Origin: Ginkgo biloba
Lineage: Eukaryota; Plantae; Ginkgophyta
DNA: 26,741 bases
Assembly: GCA_024626585.2 (NCBI GenBank)
Contig: JANKJI020000004.1
Coordinates: 127,429,342-127,456,082, forward strand
Direction: 5' to 3'
In this document: positions 1-12,896 of the stretch, one piece after another
Layout: the number at the start of each line of letters is the position of its first letter
Numbering within the stretch: position 1 is the stretch's first letter
Position numbers and translations under genes: made by a program
The notes under the pieces: generated by a model
The model's input: only the letters and a program-made list of their open reading frames with translations
Told to the model about the DNA's origin: nothing
The model's database searches: none

Positions 1-59
1 ATAGTAGGTATAGGTTTACAACTTTGACAATTCTTTTCAACAAATCCATCTTTTGATTT

Positions 60-1270
60 TGGGTGAGCATGGCCAAGTCTATGAGGGAAACTATTGTTGT
101 AGATTGATTTGGCAGAAAATTAGTAGCCTCGATAGTTTGAGTCAGGGTTGCTTCCCTAGGAGTTCCTTAAATAGACCTTTGTTACTGTTTGTTTATTTTT
201 TATTCGCTTGATTTCCTCATTAGCATTGGTGATGTGCAATCCTTCTAATTCTTCTTCTATCATTTTGGCAGCTTCCTTTTTCACCTACGCTTCTTTAATT
301 GCAATAAGTTTGAATCCTTTTTCCTTGTGAGGACAATATTTTGTTTTTCGTTCACCTAGTTTCCATTATTTGCATAATGCACCTTTATGATTCTTTATTT
401 AAGGGCAACGCATACAACATATTAGGGGGTTTTCATCTATCTTAGCTCCTTGATAGTTGATGTTATGGTTATTATTTTTGGGATAACCACCATGGGTTAT
501 GATTCAAGTTGTTTTGTCGATTTTGCAATAGGGAATAGCATGCCTTCATGTCGTGGGTGACTTTTTTGCATATATAGCACCATGTTTTATTTTGGTCTTT
601 TCATGTTTCCGAAGGTTCTTGATTATGAGTACAATTATCATTACCTTTTAATGCAACTGTATTTTTTTCCTTCTTCTTTGGTTTAATTTTAGTTGCTCAA
701 TATCAACAGTGAGTTTCTCAATTGCTTCAACATCATTTGATTTTTGTAGTCTCAGTTCATGTTCCAATATGGGTATGGTGTATCAATTTGTGTAGAATTC
801 TCTATTTTCCATGGCGAGTTTGGATTTAGGTTATCCATGCTCATTTGCCTCTCAAATGCCATGGTCGAATTGCAAACTTGATCATAACTCTGAATAGGGT
901 GATGTCAAATCTTCTCCTAATAAAGAGGTTGAAGTCTATCCACAAAATAATTCATTAGTGCTACTAGTAGTGTTATACCCCGTAGCTTCACCACTAGTAC
1001 TTGCATTTTCCCATCATAATTATGGATTGTCTTGACTACATGCTATTTAATTTCTTTTAGTGATCTATATATAGCCATTGGATCATGTAGGGTTTGGAAA
1101 TGATCCAAGGGTCCATCCTCATAACATTGAGAAAAATCACTATTTGACAGTCTCTTCGTCTATGCATCGTTGCACAACATTATTCAAGAATAATTCCAAA
1201 TGTTTAGATGGATCATGATATCCATCATGGATTCAGTGATTAAGGGGGGTATTGGGGACAAATATAACAA
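60..1270 (-). mobile_element. Decayed Ty3/gypsy gag pseudogene
   Basis: Minus-strand reading across stops and frameshifts gives gag-like motifs HDGYHDPSKHLELF (~1185-1230) and YFVDRLQPLY*EKI*HHPIQSYDQVCN (~870-950), plus a degenerate zinc knuckle LCK*WKLGERKTKYCPH (~325-378). Confidence 0.6.
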
Positions 1271-3840
1271 TTTTTGGTTTCCATATCCATTGTTTTTATT
1301 TTCTCTATAGAAATTTCCTCCATTACCTCCATTGCTTTTGCCAATTACTTCCATAGAATTTTCTCCCATCCCCTCCATTGTTTTCACCACTGAAATTACC
1401 TCTAGGGGAAAAGTTCCCTCCTATGCTCATGTTCTCTTCAAAATATCCTTGATTGAAATCATTCCTATTGCTAAAGTTCTTGCTAGTTATATGGAATTGT
1501 TTCTTCAAATTTGTTGTTGAATAATCCTCCATGTGTATTGGGATTTATGACATTATTATTGAATTTAGCCCCCATGCTTCGAAAGTGAATATTATGGAAG
1601 GTGAAATTAAGTACTACTAATTTAGTTCTTAGTACTACTATTGCTATTAGTATTGTTTGGGCCAATTTGATATATGAATGCTCCTTAATTCACAAGAGTT
1701 ACAATATTATTTTATCTATTTGTTATGTTCAGTATACTTTCGTTGTTTGTTCTAGAAATTATTCATGGATTGTTGATGGTTGGCAAAGGGCTTTANNNNN
1801 NNNNNNNNNNNNNNNNNNNNNNNNNNNNNNNNNNNNNNNNNNNNNNNNNNNNNNNNNNNNNNNNNNNNNNNNNNNNNNNNNNNNNNNNNNNNNNNNNNNN
1901 NNNNNNNNNNNNNNNNNNNNNNNNNNNNNNNNNNNNNNNNNNNNNNNNNNNNNNNNNNNNNNNNNNNNNNNNNNNNNNNNNNNNNNNNNNNNNNNNNNNN
2001 NNNNNNNNNNNNNNNNNNNNNNNNNNNNNNNNNNNNNNNNNNNNNNNNNNNNNNNNNNNNNNNNNNNNNNNNNNNNNNNNNNNNNNNNNNNNNNNNNNNN
2101 NNNNNNNNNNNNNNNNNNNNNNNNNNNNNNNNNNNNNNNNNNNNNNNNNNNNNNNNNNNNNNNNNNNNNNNNNNNNNNNNNNNNNNNNNNNNNNNNNNNN
2201 NNNNNNNNNNNNNNNNNNNNNNNNNNNNNNNNNNNNNNNNNNNNNNNNNNNNNNNNNNNNNNNNNNNNNNNNNNNNNNNNNNNNNNNNNNNNNNNNNNNN
2301 NNNNNNNNNNNNNNNNNNNNNNNNNNNNNNNNNNNNNNNNNNNNNNNNNNNNNNNNNNNNNTTTTATCTATTCGTTATTACTCATAACTTCTTCTACCAA
2401 CATTAGATGCAAGGTGTCTTATGTTTTTCAATTTTTTTCAAGTTTTAACACTATTTGATTTTCCTATTCCTTGTGAGGTTTCCTCCTTTGCATCTTGATT
2501 TTGGTAAAGGTGAGAATTGTGTAAGTTGTTCACTCCCTATGGAGTGTCCTCTATTTTCCCTAGAGCCTCAACATCATTTCGTTTTCCTCCTTTACGAGTA
2601 GTTTTATGTTTAATTCTTCAATCATAGTACTTAGTTGATGTTTGCTTATGGTTGCTTGCTCCTTGGTCCAACAATTTTTTCTCTCTAGCCTTGTCTCTTT
2701 TTCTCTACAAGTTTAGCAACCTTCTAGCCTTGTGGAAAAATCAAGAGACCCCCTAGCTACAGTGGGTTTAATTACAACCCATCATTATGACTATAGCTAG
2801 GGTTTCGTGCATCTTTAACATCATGATCTCGACCATGGTTAGCATTGTATGGTAGATAGAATCTCAACTTCATGCATCTAGGATCGTTTTCTTATGCAAA
2901 ATACAACAACAAAATGAAATGTGGTCTCCCCATCGACAACACGATTAATAATCATTCACAAACTTAACATCATATTAAACTTAGCATCGTATCCTTTCTT
3001 CATAACTCATGACATCTTTCCTACCACATCATATAAAGTGCAAAGTCAGCATTGCCATGTCATCAAGATATCACGCCAGTGTCGACACCATATCACCAGG
3101 CTACGATATCTTTGTATTTCGTCAAATTTGCTAGTGTAGTATATCCTTCTATTAGGAATGTCCAACTCACTAGAATTTTTGAATTGATGTTGGAATGCAA
3201 TTTGTCAGTGGGCTTTTGCCATGTGTACTAGATATGTTGCTAATGGCTTGAAGAGTTGTTCCCATGTCTAGATTGATTTGCTTGATTAATATCAAATCAT
3301 CTTTAGTATTTTGGGAGTTGAAGTCTTCTTTATTGCATCACTCTTTGGTTCAATGTTGATGCATTGCTTTCCAATGTGTTTAGATGATATGAGTTGAGTG
3401 CTTCCGTTTTGTTCTATTGTAACTACCTCTATCTCCTTGAATGGATTAATTCGATTGAGTTCCCTTTCATTGCCACTTTAGAGTTTATGATTGCATAATA
3501 TGGTATTGTTTGGGGATAGAGTTTGTTCAAATGTCTCCGGCCCAATTTTTTAAGTGGCATGATCTAACTGATCAGTCGACGTGAAATGTGAGCATTAACA
3601 AATGGTCAATGCTTCATACATTCTTTCTTGTACTATTCAAATCCCCATGGGAACCTGACTCAAGTTAGTTTTGCAAATACCAATTTGAGCTCCATACCTA
3701 TAATGTCATCAACTAATACTCAATAATATTCTACCAAGGCCACCCCTACTCTAGAGCAGGGGGCATTCATCCAAATGATGATACCAATATGAAAATCATA
3801 TACAAGCTATACAAAAAGCCCTCTAGTCAAACTAGTCTAA

Positions 3841-4840
3841 ATGGATCTTCTATCTAATCCTCCTCTTGAACTCCTTAAATTCGATGGGGCTCCAAGAGAA
3901 GATCTTATATTGCATATCGATACGTATGCAATTGCATGTGTAGAGTTCATTCCTTATGATGACATTTTCCTAAAGATATCCCTTAGGACTTTGATCAGAG
4001 AGACCCTTAAATGGTTCTATCAACTACTATAGGAATCCATTTCAACCTTCTAATAGATGGTCGACTTGTTCATTTAATATTTCGATGAAGCCAAGCCCTA
4101 TGATACAGGGCTTAAATCCTTAATGGCCTTTAAACATGCTAATTATGAATCAAATTTTGACTTTGTTAGTAGGTTTTACTCACTCGTTCATTCATGTAAG
4201 ACTCCTTTATATGGGAGATAATTATATGACCTATTAATGAATTCACTTCGACCCCAAGTACACTTGGAGGTTCTCAAAGCGGGTCCCAATTCCTATGAGG
4301 ATGCAGTTGATAAATGTATTACCTTAGAGGCAGATGAAATCCATGATAGTGTTAAAAATATTAAAACTTCTATTGACTCTTCTTATTCTAGTCATAAGAA
4401 TAAGCATGCTACAAGCAATGGGGTTTTAAATTTGAAACCCCCATTATTCTAAGACCATATTTTGGATCCAATCGCGTTTATTATAAGCATCTTGAGAGGA
4501 CCATCATTAGTTCCTCTTAAACTAATTCACCTACAAATATACCTTAGGCTCACAATTCTGCATCCCCTAAGAAGGAAACAAGAATAATCCNNNNNNNNNN
4601 NNNNNNNNNNNNNNNNNNNNNNNNNNNNNNNNNNNNNNNNNNNNNNNNNNNNNNNNNNNNNNNNNNNNNNNNNNNNNNNNNNNNNNNNNNNNNNNNNNNN
4701 NNGCCATCCTTCTTTGCATTACGAAGGCTTTAGAGACATTTCTTTAACTTTGATACCTCAACTTCAAAACTAAATCAAGAGCAAGATATTCACTAGGACC
4801 CTTTTCCTGACCACTCATTGGATAAAAAGGAAAAAGCTAA
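3841..4840 (+). mobile_element. Decayed Ty3/gypsy (Tat/Ogre-like) gag pseudogene
   Basis: ORFs 3841-4032 and 4237-4452 are one frame broken by stops: KFDGAPREDLILHIDTY...KISLRTLIRETLKWFYQLL*ESISTF**MVDLFI*YF, a Retrotrans_gag pattern. After the gap, QDIH*DPFPDH (~4782-4815) resembles the NPLPxH motif downstream of gag in Tat-type elements. Confidence 0.75.
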
Positions 4841-6429
4841 AAAGAAAAAGAAAAAAACCAAGACCAAATATTTTTGAAGAGGAAGACCAAAATACCAAGT
4901 TATCATAGAATATGATTCACTACAAGTNNNNNNNNNNNNNNNNNNNNNNNNNNNNNNNNNNNNNNNNNNNNNNNNNNNNNNNNNNNNNNNNNNNNNNNNN
5001 NNNNNNNNNNNNNNNNNNNNNNNNNNNTCTTCATCTTTCTCCTGAGATTATATTCATTCCTCAAATACTTGGGCATGAATTCTTCCCTCTAATGGCTTAG
5101 TTGGTGAGAATTAATTACCCTTTAACAATTCCTTCCATTAAGGCTTTTCCATGTGCATTCTACATCATGCTCAAAGGTAACCTTGCCCGTGCTACATTCT
5201 TCCTTGTGGTTGGGGAAGTGAATGCAACCTCCTATCTAATTCATCATTCTTCTTTGTCTCTTACTCATAGCTTCCACCTAACTCTCTCGATCTAACCTAT
5301 GGTTGTTGAGATTTAGTGGTGACTTCATTAATTATTCAACCAACGCCTTCACTCTCCCTTTCCTTCTTCCATCAAGGCTAATACTTAGACAAATTACACA
5401 CCCCAATGAGTGCTATAGGGATTCTCCTGCATCACTTCACTATTTTAGTAGCAGCATCAATATTTTAATTGGTTGACAATAATCACTCCATATATCTTTC
5501 CAGTATGGTGATTATTCATTGATGATGGTTCCTTAGTAGAAAGGGCTCCTTTCTAAATACTTTTAGCCTTCAATTCATTAAATTTATAATAGGCCTCAGT
5601 ATTTGGGGGGGATTTTGTTATTGTCCTTTTTCATACCCTTGTATTTACCTCACGATTTGTGCAAATATATCCTATGTTTCTATCATTCATTGATCTTTAT
5701 ACAATTACACTTAATTATTGCACCCCATAAGTGAATCCATTCACTTTCATTCAATGTTCCTTAGGTTATGCATCACTGACTTTTATTCCTATGGTTATCT
5801 CATATGTGGTCCTTATTATACCATATTATTTTTCCACATAGGCCTTTTGAATTCCTTTGACCACATATAACCATAGTTTCTATACCTCAATTACATTCAT
5901 GATACACTTATAGCCTTGCATTAACAATCCTTATGTGTACATAGGCTCATGGCCTTGAGTAAGTCAACTTCACATGCTTATCTTTCATCATTAAGGTCAT
6001 GATCCCTCATTTATCAATATATATACCATTTGAAGAAAATCAAAAAAGACATGGGGGATCTTCCATTACTCATAACATCATAACACATTCATCTTTTATT
6101 GCCCCCATGGGAGGGAAGGGGGTTTCCATAATAAAATTTTCCATCTTAAGGATCATCTTGAGATCTATGTCTTAGAATGATGAGAGAGAGTATTCTTACA
6201 TCCAGTCCATGATACCATCTTTCTTGATGATATTTCTCACTACATTCTATCTCTATTTCTTGTCTTATATTATGTTGTATCTATCTTGATTTCTTTATGC
6301 ATGTATTCTTATTTAAGGACTCTATGCATAAAGAACCCGCTATTGTCCTTTGAGATATTTTTTATATTTATCATTTATTGGGAAGTGTTATTTATCATCA
6401 ACAATACTCCTTACTATTAGTTATTGGTG

Positions 6430-7130
6430 TTCATAATTTTTTTATGTTATAGAAGGTTAAGGTCCAAGAATCTTTGACTTGGGAAGGCTATTCAAAATGT
6501 TTGGGACTTGCCCAATTTTGTGTCCACTAACCATTCTAAAGGAAGTGGTGGGGAGGTGCTCTACTTTCCCAATTGGTGAAGTATGCCATCATTCAACAAT
6601 ACAATGCTTTGAATCATACAACAATATGGAATCTTTTAGATCTTAATTCTCTAAGGTTTGACATGGTTAGAATTTATTCTCCTGACAACTTATAAGATAG
6701 AAATTTCATGGGATTGGATGGGTGCTAACCTTATTAGCACTCCTTAAATTGCATTAAGTGATTTTAATATGGTTGAACATGTAGAGCACAAGTTAGGGGA
6801 TGAAGCTTCAACCCTTTCAATTGGTGAATTGGCAATATGGATTAATGTTAAGTTTAGATTAGGGCTCTACAGCTAGATCTAGGATGAAATAATAATAGCG
6901 AATGGTTTACTTCATCAAATAGGATACATGGGTCTGAGAGAGTATGGACTCATATAAATAGGCACTACTTTACTTTTGATGGCATTTCTACTTTTTTAAG
7001 TGGATGTGTTGTCATTGTAAAATAATCCTTTCTCATCATTACCCTCTATTTTTTAAAGTGTTAATAGGAGATGACTGATATCCTCCACCTTAATCCCTTT
7101 TCAAGATCAATGTTAGTCATCTCTAATACC
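6430..7130 (+). mobile_element. LINE (L1-clade) ORF2 APE-type endonuclease pseudogene fragment
   Basis: EN motifs in the expected order: FML*KVK (LQE motif, 6441-6461), IYSP (~6670-6685), IALSDFNMVE (GDFN, 6748-6777), WFT.SNR (~6903-6923), INRHYF (RIDR, ~6954-6971), LSHHYP (SDHxP, 7028-7045), FKINVSHL (~7100-7123). Confidence 0.75.
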
Positions 7131-8029
7131 ATTATTGTATTAAAAGTATTAAAAAATTCTAAAATATACTTCCAAACCTCTAGACAAGAAAGGATGGATA
7201 TTTCAATGGGAAGTTATAATAAGTAGAATTATGTGATAGATTTTAATTTTTANNNNNNNNNNNNNNNNNNNNNNNNNNNNNNAACTAGGGAAAAATCATT
7301 AAATAAGGCCCTTATTTTTAGATCTAATCCCTTTAATGAGGATCTTTAGGCACCTAAAGTTTAGGTCATACAAAATATCAAGGACTTTCAATTATATAAA
7401 GTGAGAGGTACTCAAGTTGAGGCTAAGATATGGTAGATAAAAGAGGGGGATTTATCTTCCAAGTTCTATTTTGCCTCTTTCAAAAATAACAAGGGGGCCT
7501 CTANNNNNNNNNNNNNNNNNNNNNNNNNNNNNNNNNNNNNNNNNNNNNNNNNNNNNNNNNNNNNNNNNNNNNNNNNNNNNNNNNNNNNNNNNNNNNNNNN
7601 NNNAGTCTAAGAAACTCAACCCAAATAAGGCATGCAAATGACAACAATGTTTTATACAAAGAAATATACCACCCAATGGTTCAAAATAACTAAGTTTCTT
7701 TTGCATGTTGAGAGCCCCTAAATCAACATTTGGTTAGTAGAGTCTACACTATCAAAGACGAGTGAATAAAAACCCATTTTGAGGTAGCGAATAAGCAACA
7801 CTTTCCATCTAAAATCCTCCCATATTTTCTTAATCCACTAANNNNNNNNNNNNNNNNNNNNNNNNNNNNNNNNNNNNNNNNNNNNNNNNNNNNGGCAAAA
7901 GCATAAATAAATGCATCAACCTTGTTAGGGTCTAATGATATAATATGGGAAGACAGAGGAGTACTGGACTCACCTCATGGTATACCTCAGGGATGAACTT
8001 CCTAGCTCATTTGGGTACCATTATAATCC

Positions 8030-9055
8030 AATTGTGTTATATCTTAAGCTTCAAAAGGAATGGGAGCTTGATCGCCAACCTGTAAGGAGCCGAATGGCTC
8101 CACAATGGCCATGGGAGAGAATTTAAATCCTACTTATCAATAAATCAAATATATTTACTATCCCTAATTGATTTCATATAAATTAATTTTTGCACTATGC
8201 TTCGACACCATCTTCAAAGATCACCATATTTTTTCTCTCAACTTAGTTGAGCTNNNNNNNNNNNNNNNNNNNNNNNNNNNNNNNNNNNNNNNNNNNNNNN
8301 NNNNNNNNNNNNNNNNNNNNNNNNNNNNNNNNNNNNNNNNNNNNNNNNNNNNNNNNNNNNNNNNNNNNNNNNNNNNNNNNNNNNNNNNNNNNGATTACCC
8401 ATGACTTACTAGAATCACGATGCTATATTGATGATTGTTGATCAATTTAGCAACATGATGATTTTCACTACTTATGTTAAATCCATTTATACTATGATAA
8501 TTGCTCAACAATTCTTCAAGCATATGTGGACTCACTTTGAGCTTCTTCCCATTATTGTAGGAATTCATGCATTTTGATCAAGTTCTAGCAATTACTTTAG
8601 ATATTATTGGGTACATTCTCAATTGCTTTTCATTCATAGACATATGTCCAGATTGAGGGAAAGAACTGCATACTTGTTCATGCCTTGCATATCTACAACT
8701 AGGCAAAACCCAAGAGTTGGAATCATTCTTTGTGATACATTCAACATGGGTACAATCCTACTTTACAATCTTATATATGTCACTCTCATTTTGTTGTTTG
8801 CCTTGATTTTTAGCCCTTTACCCCTATGAGCTTCAATTTTATTTACTTTATGCATCCACTCATTGTGAGCTTTTAGAGTTTCATAGAGCTAGTGCTTTCA
8901 TTTAACATTTGTAATGGCTTTATACACATATTTATAACATATTGGTAAAGACTTAAGTATAGTAAAAGGCCTTTTATAATAAACATAGGATTATACATCA
9001 CTTTGAGGTGAAAGACAAAGTTTGGACACACTTAGATAAGAGATGGTTTTAATTA
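8030..9055 (+). mobile_element. Decayed Ty3/gypsy integrase
   Basis: PQWPWERI (~8100-8123); LPMT...HDAILMIVDQFSNM (8394-8457); FFKHMWTHFELL (8512-8547); AFHS*TYVQIE (HPQTDGQTE motif, 8625-8657); FEVKDKVW (9003-9026). Confidence 0.8.
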
Positions 9056-12000
9056 NNNNNNNNNNNNNNNNNNNNNNNNNNNNNNNNNNNNNNNNNNNNN
9101 NNNNNNNNNNNNNNNNNNNNNNNNNNNNNNNNNNNNNNNNNNNNNNNNNNNNNNNNNNNNNNNNNNNNNNNNNNNNNNNNNNNNNNNNNNNNNNNNNNNN
9201 NNNNNNNNNNNNNNNNNNNNNNNNNNNNNNNNNNNNNNNNNNNNNNNNNNNNNNNNNNNNNNNNNNNNNNNNNNNNNNNNNNNNNNNNNNNNNNNNNNNN
9301 NNNNNNNNNNNNNNNNNNNNNNNNNNNNNNNNNNNNNNNNNNNNNNNNNNNNNNNNNNNNNNNNNNNNNNNNNNNNNNNNNNNNNNNNNNNNNNNNNNNN
9401 NNNNNNNNNNNNNNNNNNNNNNNNNNNNNNNNNNNNNNNNNNNNNNNNNNNNNNNNNNNNNNNNNNNNNNNNNNNNNNNNNNNNNNNNNNNNNNNNNNNN
9501 NNNNNNNNNNNNNNNNNNNNNNNNNNNNNNNNNNNNNNNNNNNNNNNNNNNNNNNNNNNNNNNNNNNNNNNNNNNNNNNNNNNNNNNNNNNNNNNNNNNN
9601 NNNNNNNNNNNNNNNNNNNNNNNNNNNNNNNNNNNNNNNNNNNNNNNNNNNNNNNNNNNNNNNNNNNNNNNNNNNNNNNNNNNNNNNNNNNNNNNNNNNN
9701 NNNNNNNNNNNNNNNNNNNNNNNNNNNNNNNNNNNNNNNNNNNNNNNNNNNNNNNNNNNNNNNNNNNNNNNNNNNNNNNNNNNNNNNNNNNNNNNNNNNN
9801 NNNNNNNNNNNNNNNNNNNNNNNNNNNNNNNNNNNNNNNNNNNNNNNNNNNNNNNNNNNNNNNNNNNNNNNNNNNNNNNNNNNNNNNNNNNNNNNNNNNN
9901 NNNNNNNNNNNNNNNNNNNNNNNNNNNNNNNNNNNNNNNNNNNNNNNNNNNNNNNNNNNNNNNNNNNNNNNNNNNNNNNNNNNNNNNNNNNNNNNNNNNN
10001 NNNNNNNNNNNNNNNNNNNNNNNNNNNNNTATACGTCAATTTACACCTTCATTCCGTCAATTTTCAAATATTAATTTGTTGTTTAAAAATTCATCAATCT
10101 ACGATAGATTAATTCAATTATTCGCCCTATTCATCAATATCTTTAAGTATTGTCCTACATTGAGGTTAGTTGATTGGATTACAATTCTCATACTTTATAG
10201 CGTCTTAACCTCTTTTCATTCCATTTCCCCAGAAACCTCCTACTTCGAAATATCTCTCAACTGATATTAATGCAAAATACCTCACATTATTCGTTTTAAA
10301 TAAGTCTTTATGCTTTAACTTTTACTTATCATCTCATATATTATACTGATTTTTCATGTATGCTTTGAGTGCATAGGACATTTACAAAGACATATAAAGG
10401 CAAGTTTACTATAAGACTTAAAAACATGCATGTTACCTTAAGTAAAGGCATAGTGAGTGAGTGAGTTGAATCACAAGCAGGGCTCAACAAACTAAGATGA
10501 AAAATAGTGAAGCAAACACAATTAAGACAGAATAAGATAGATATAAGAGAAGATATATAAGAAGTAATTGCTTTCCTTCTTGAACACCCTCTAGAAGGTT
10601 CTTGTAATTATAGACTTTTTAGTTAATTAAATATATAGATTTACAACAACAATAAAAAATAAGAAGAAGGGAGGGCTTTCATTGACCACGGCATGGAGAA
10701 AGATAATTGAACTCAACCCTAATAGGAATATAAGAATGAGTAAGAAAACATAATTGAATAGTGTCCAAAGACACCTTTTTATACAAGACTATGGACTCTT
10801 CATCCATTGGATAAATGAAAATGTCATAGTACATTTTAATCATCCATTCACTTTTTTCCCCTTATAATGTCCTTTAACTTATGTAAAAATGTCCCCACAG
10901 TGAATCAAAGAGGTGAAGAGCAATCATTATCACCACATTGACAAATGTAAAAAACTTGTAAAGGATATGTTAGTCAATGACCAATATAGCCCAACGAGCC
11001 AAGAGCCAAATAACTGAGATAAGTCAATTTTAAAGAGGGCAAAAGAACTTATTTGAAAGTGGAAGTGATATTTATATATAGTGACCATTTCTTGTTGTTA
11101 CATTCGCTATCTTCATGAATACTAACTAATTGCCTTTTATCACTTAAATGTTGCATGTTGGTGCTTAGGATTGTTTTTAGTTTCACTTCCTTGAAATTGT
11201 TTGTTCTCAAGCACTAAACCCATATAAAAGAACATTGCTATAGAGTTGCATCTCCTCTTTCTATAAAAAATGTTAGTTAATTGAATTTCCCAAACAAAAT
11301 TATGTTTTTATAGAAAAAGATGTCCTTTTTATAGAGGCACTTATTTATATTCTTCTCTCTTAAAGATATTAAATGTTCTTATCATCGTTAACTTTCCTTT
11401 TAAGTAAACTTGTTATCACAAGCCATCATTCCTCCTTGTCTAGAATCTCCAAGGCTAAGTGAAAGAACAATATTTAGGAAACTTGCTTCTTATCCAATGT
11501 TGAGACGTTTTTTGAGCAAATATTATACTACATGACATTTCCACTAATTGAAGTGGAAATGGGTATTTTTAATCTAAACTTTTTCCTATATTTATACTAC
11601 CTTATTAACATAGTTGTCATAGTATCAACATGCACATGTAATGGTAAGGTTAATAGTTTGAAGAATATGGGTTATATGGTCAAGGCTCAGTGTAAGACTG
11701 GGTGGTAAGTACGAAAAAAGAAAGCTATAGGTATTATGAAATACAAAAAAATATAATTACAAAGGGGAGGAGATAAGTTGCGGTTAATGTTTAGAGTGAC
11801 TATGACAAAGGTTATGCCTCTCCATCTCTCCATAATCCTCATATAAAACAACCCTCTTATGTGTTGTATCTCAAAGCTTTAAACGAAAGAACACTATCTT
11901 AGAAATTGAATTTACATATAATCACTCCTTTATGTTTAAAATCTCAAAGTCCAAAACAAAGATTGCTATATTAAAACACAATCTCCTAGCCTCCACACAT

Positions 12001-12699
12001 GAGGAAGAAAAACACACTCTATGCATGTACATAACACATTTTTTATAATGATTATTCAAAATGTATGCTTTTGTCGTATAATTCACTGCTGCTATAGCAC
12101 GCTTTATGCCGCAATGGTTTGCGTTGGAGCTCAATGAATCTTACCTAATGTGCACGATTTTTAAGATACATTGCATAATTAAATTTCAAATGAATGGACG
12201 GAAATCAACCACACTAATTGAGATTTGAAATCCATGGACGAAAAATAATCACGACAATTGTGAATCAATGGGTAACTTTGATATATTTCAAATTTCATGT
12301 GCGTTTCTCCATGGTCTTAGCCCCTGACAAGTCATCATGAATCAACTCAGGGAGCACGCTTTGCTTTCTATTTTTTTCCCCATGTGCAGAGGCTATCTCC
12401 TCTACCCTCTCCATAATCCTCTATCCTAAGCGACTCTTATAAATCCTCAAAATTGAAATTTAAGACATTACAAATTTACAACGATTGAAAGCAACATTTT
12501 GTCTAACTCTTCTCATAAACCTTATTTAAAACCAATAGGTCTCATCTACTCTCTTGACAACGCACACATGCCACAAAAAGAGGTCCATTGTGTCGTCATG
12601 GTTCCGAATAACAATGTGCCCCCGCCATAAAAGGCTCATTACATCTCATTCTCCGAGACCCATCCTATCGTAGAGGATCCTTCCATAAAAGACAACTTT

Positions 12700-12896
12700 C
12701 GTTAAGGTGTGCTCAAAAACAAGCCCAATAAAAAATTAAAGAAAGTCCAAGGCAAAGGATGAGGTGGACTCGACGACCTGGCCTAAGCCGTACATAGGCT
12801 CGGGATTGGTAGGTTCGGGGTCTCACACGAGTGAGGTGTTCATGCCCTTTGGATGATGGAAGAAATATGCGAATTGGTCGAAATGCGAAGAAAAGG
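12700..12896 (+). promoter_or_regulatory. Putative CpG-retaining proximal promoter; exon 1 probably hidden in gap 12897-13802
   Basis: Local cluster of intact CpGs in a CpG-depleted window; AGCCCA (site II-like) at 12722-12727; sequence after the gap (13803 onward) is T-rich and intron-like. Confidence 0.35.

Noticed and set aside
3188-3520. Possible 5' LTR and PBS (TGGTATTGTTTGGGGA at 3501) for the gag at 3841
   Set aside because: No terminal CA, several mismatches to known PBS types and no matching 3' LTR found by eye.
5460-5620. Possible integrase C-terminus and polypurine tract
   Set aside because: Only faint resemblance; too many indels are needed.
7273-7842. Possible gypsy protease-region remnant
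   Set aside because: No catalytic DSG/DTG motif is visible between the gaps.
10431-11102. Possible solo LTR
   Set aside because: LTR-like composition, but no convincing terminal inverted repeat or target-site duplication.
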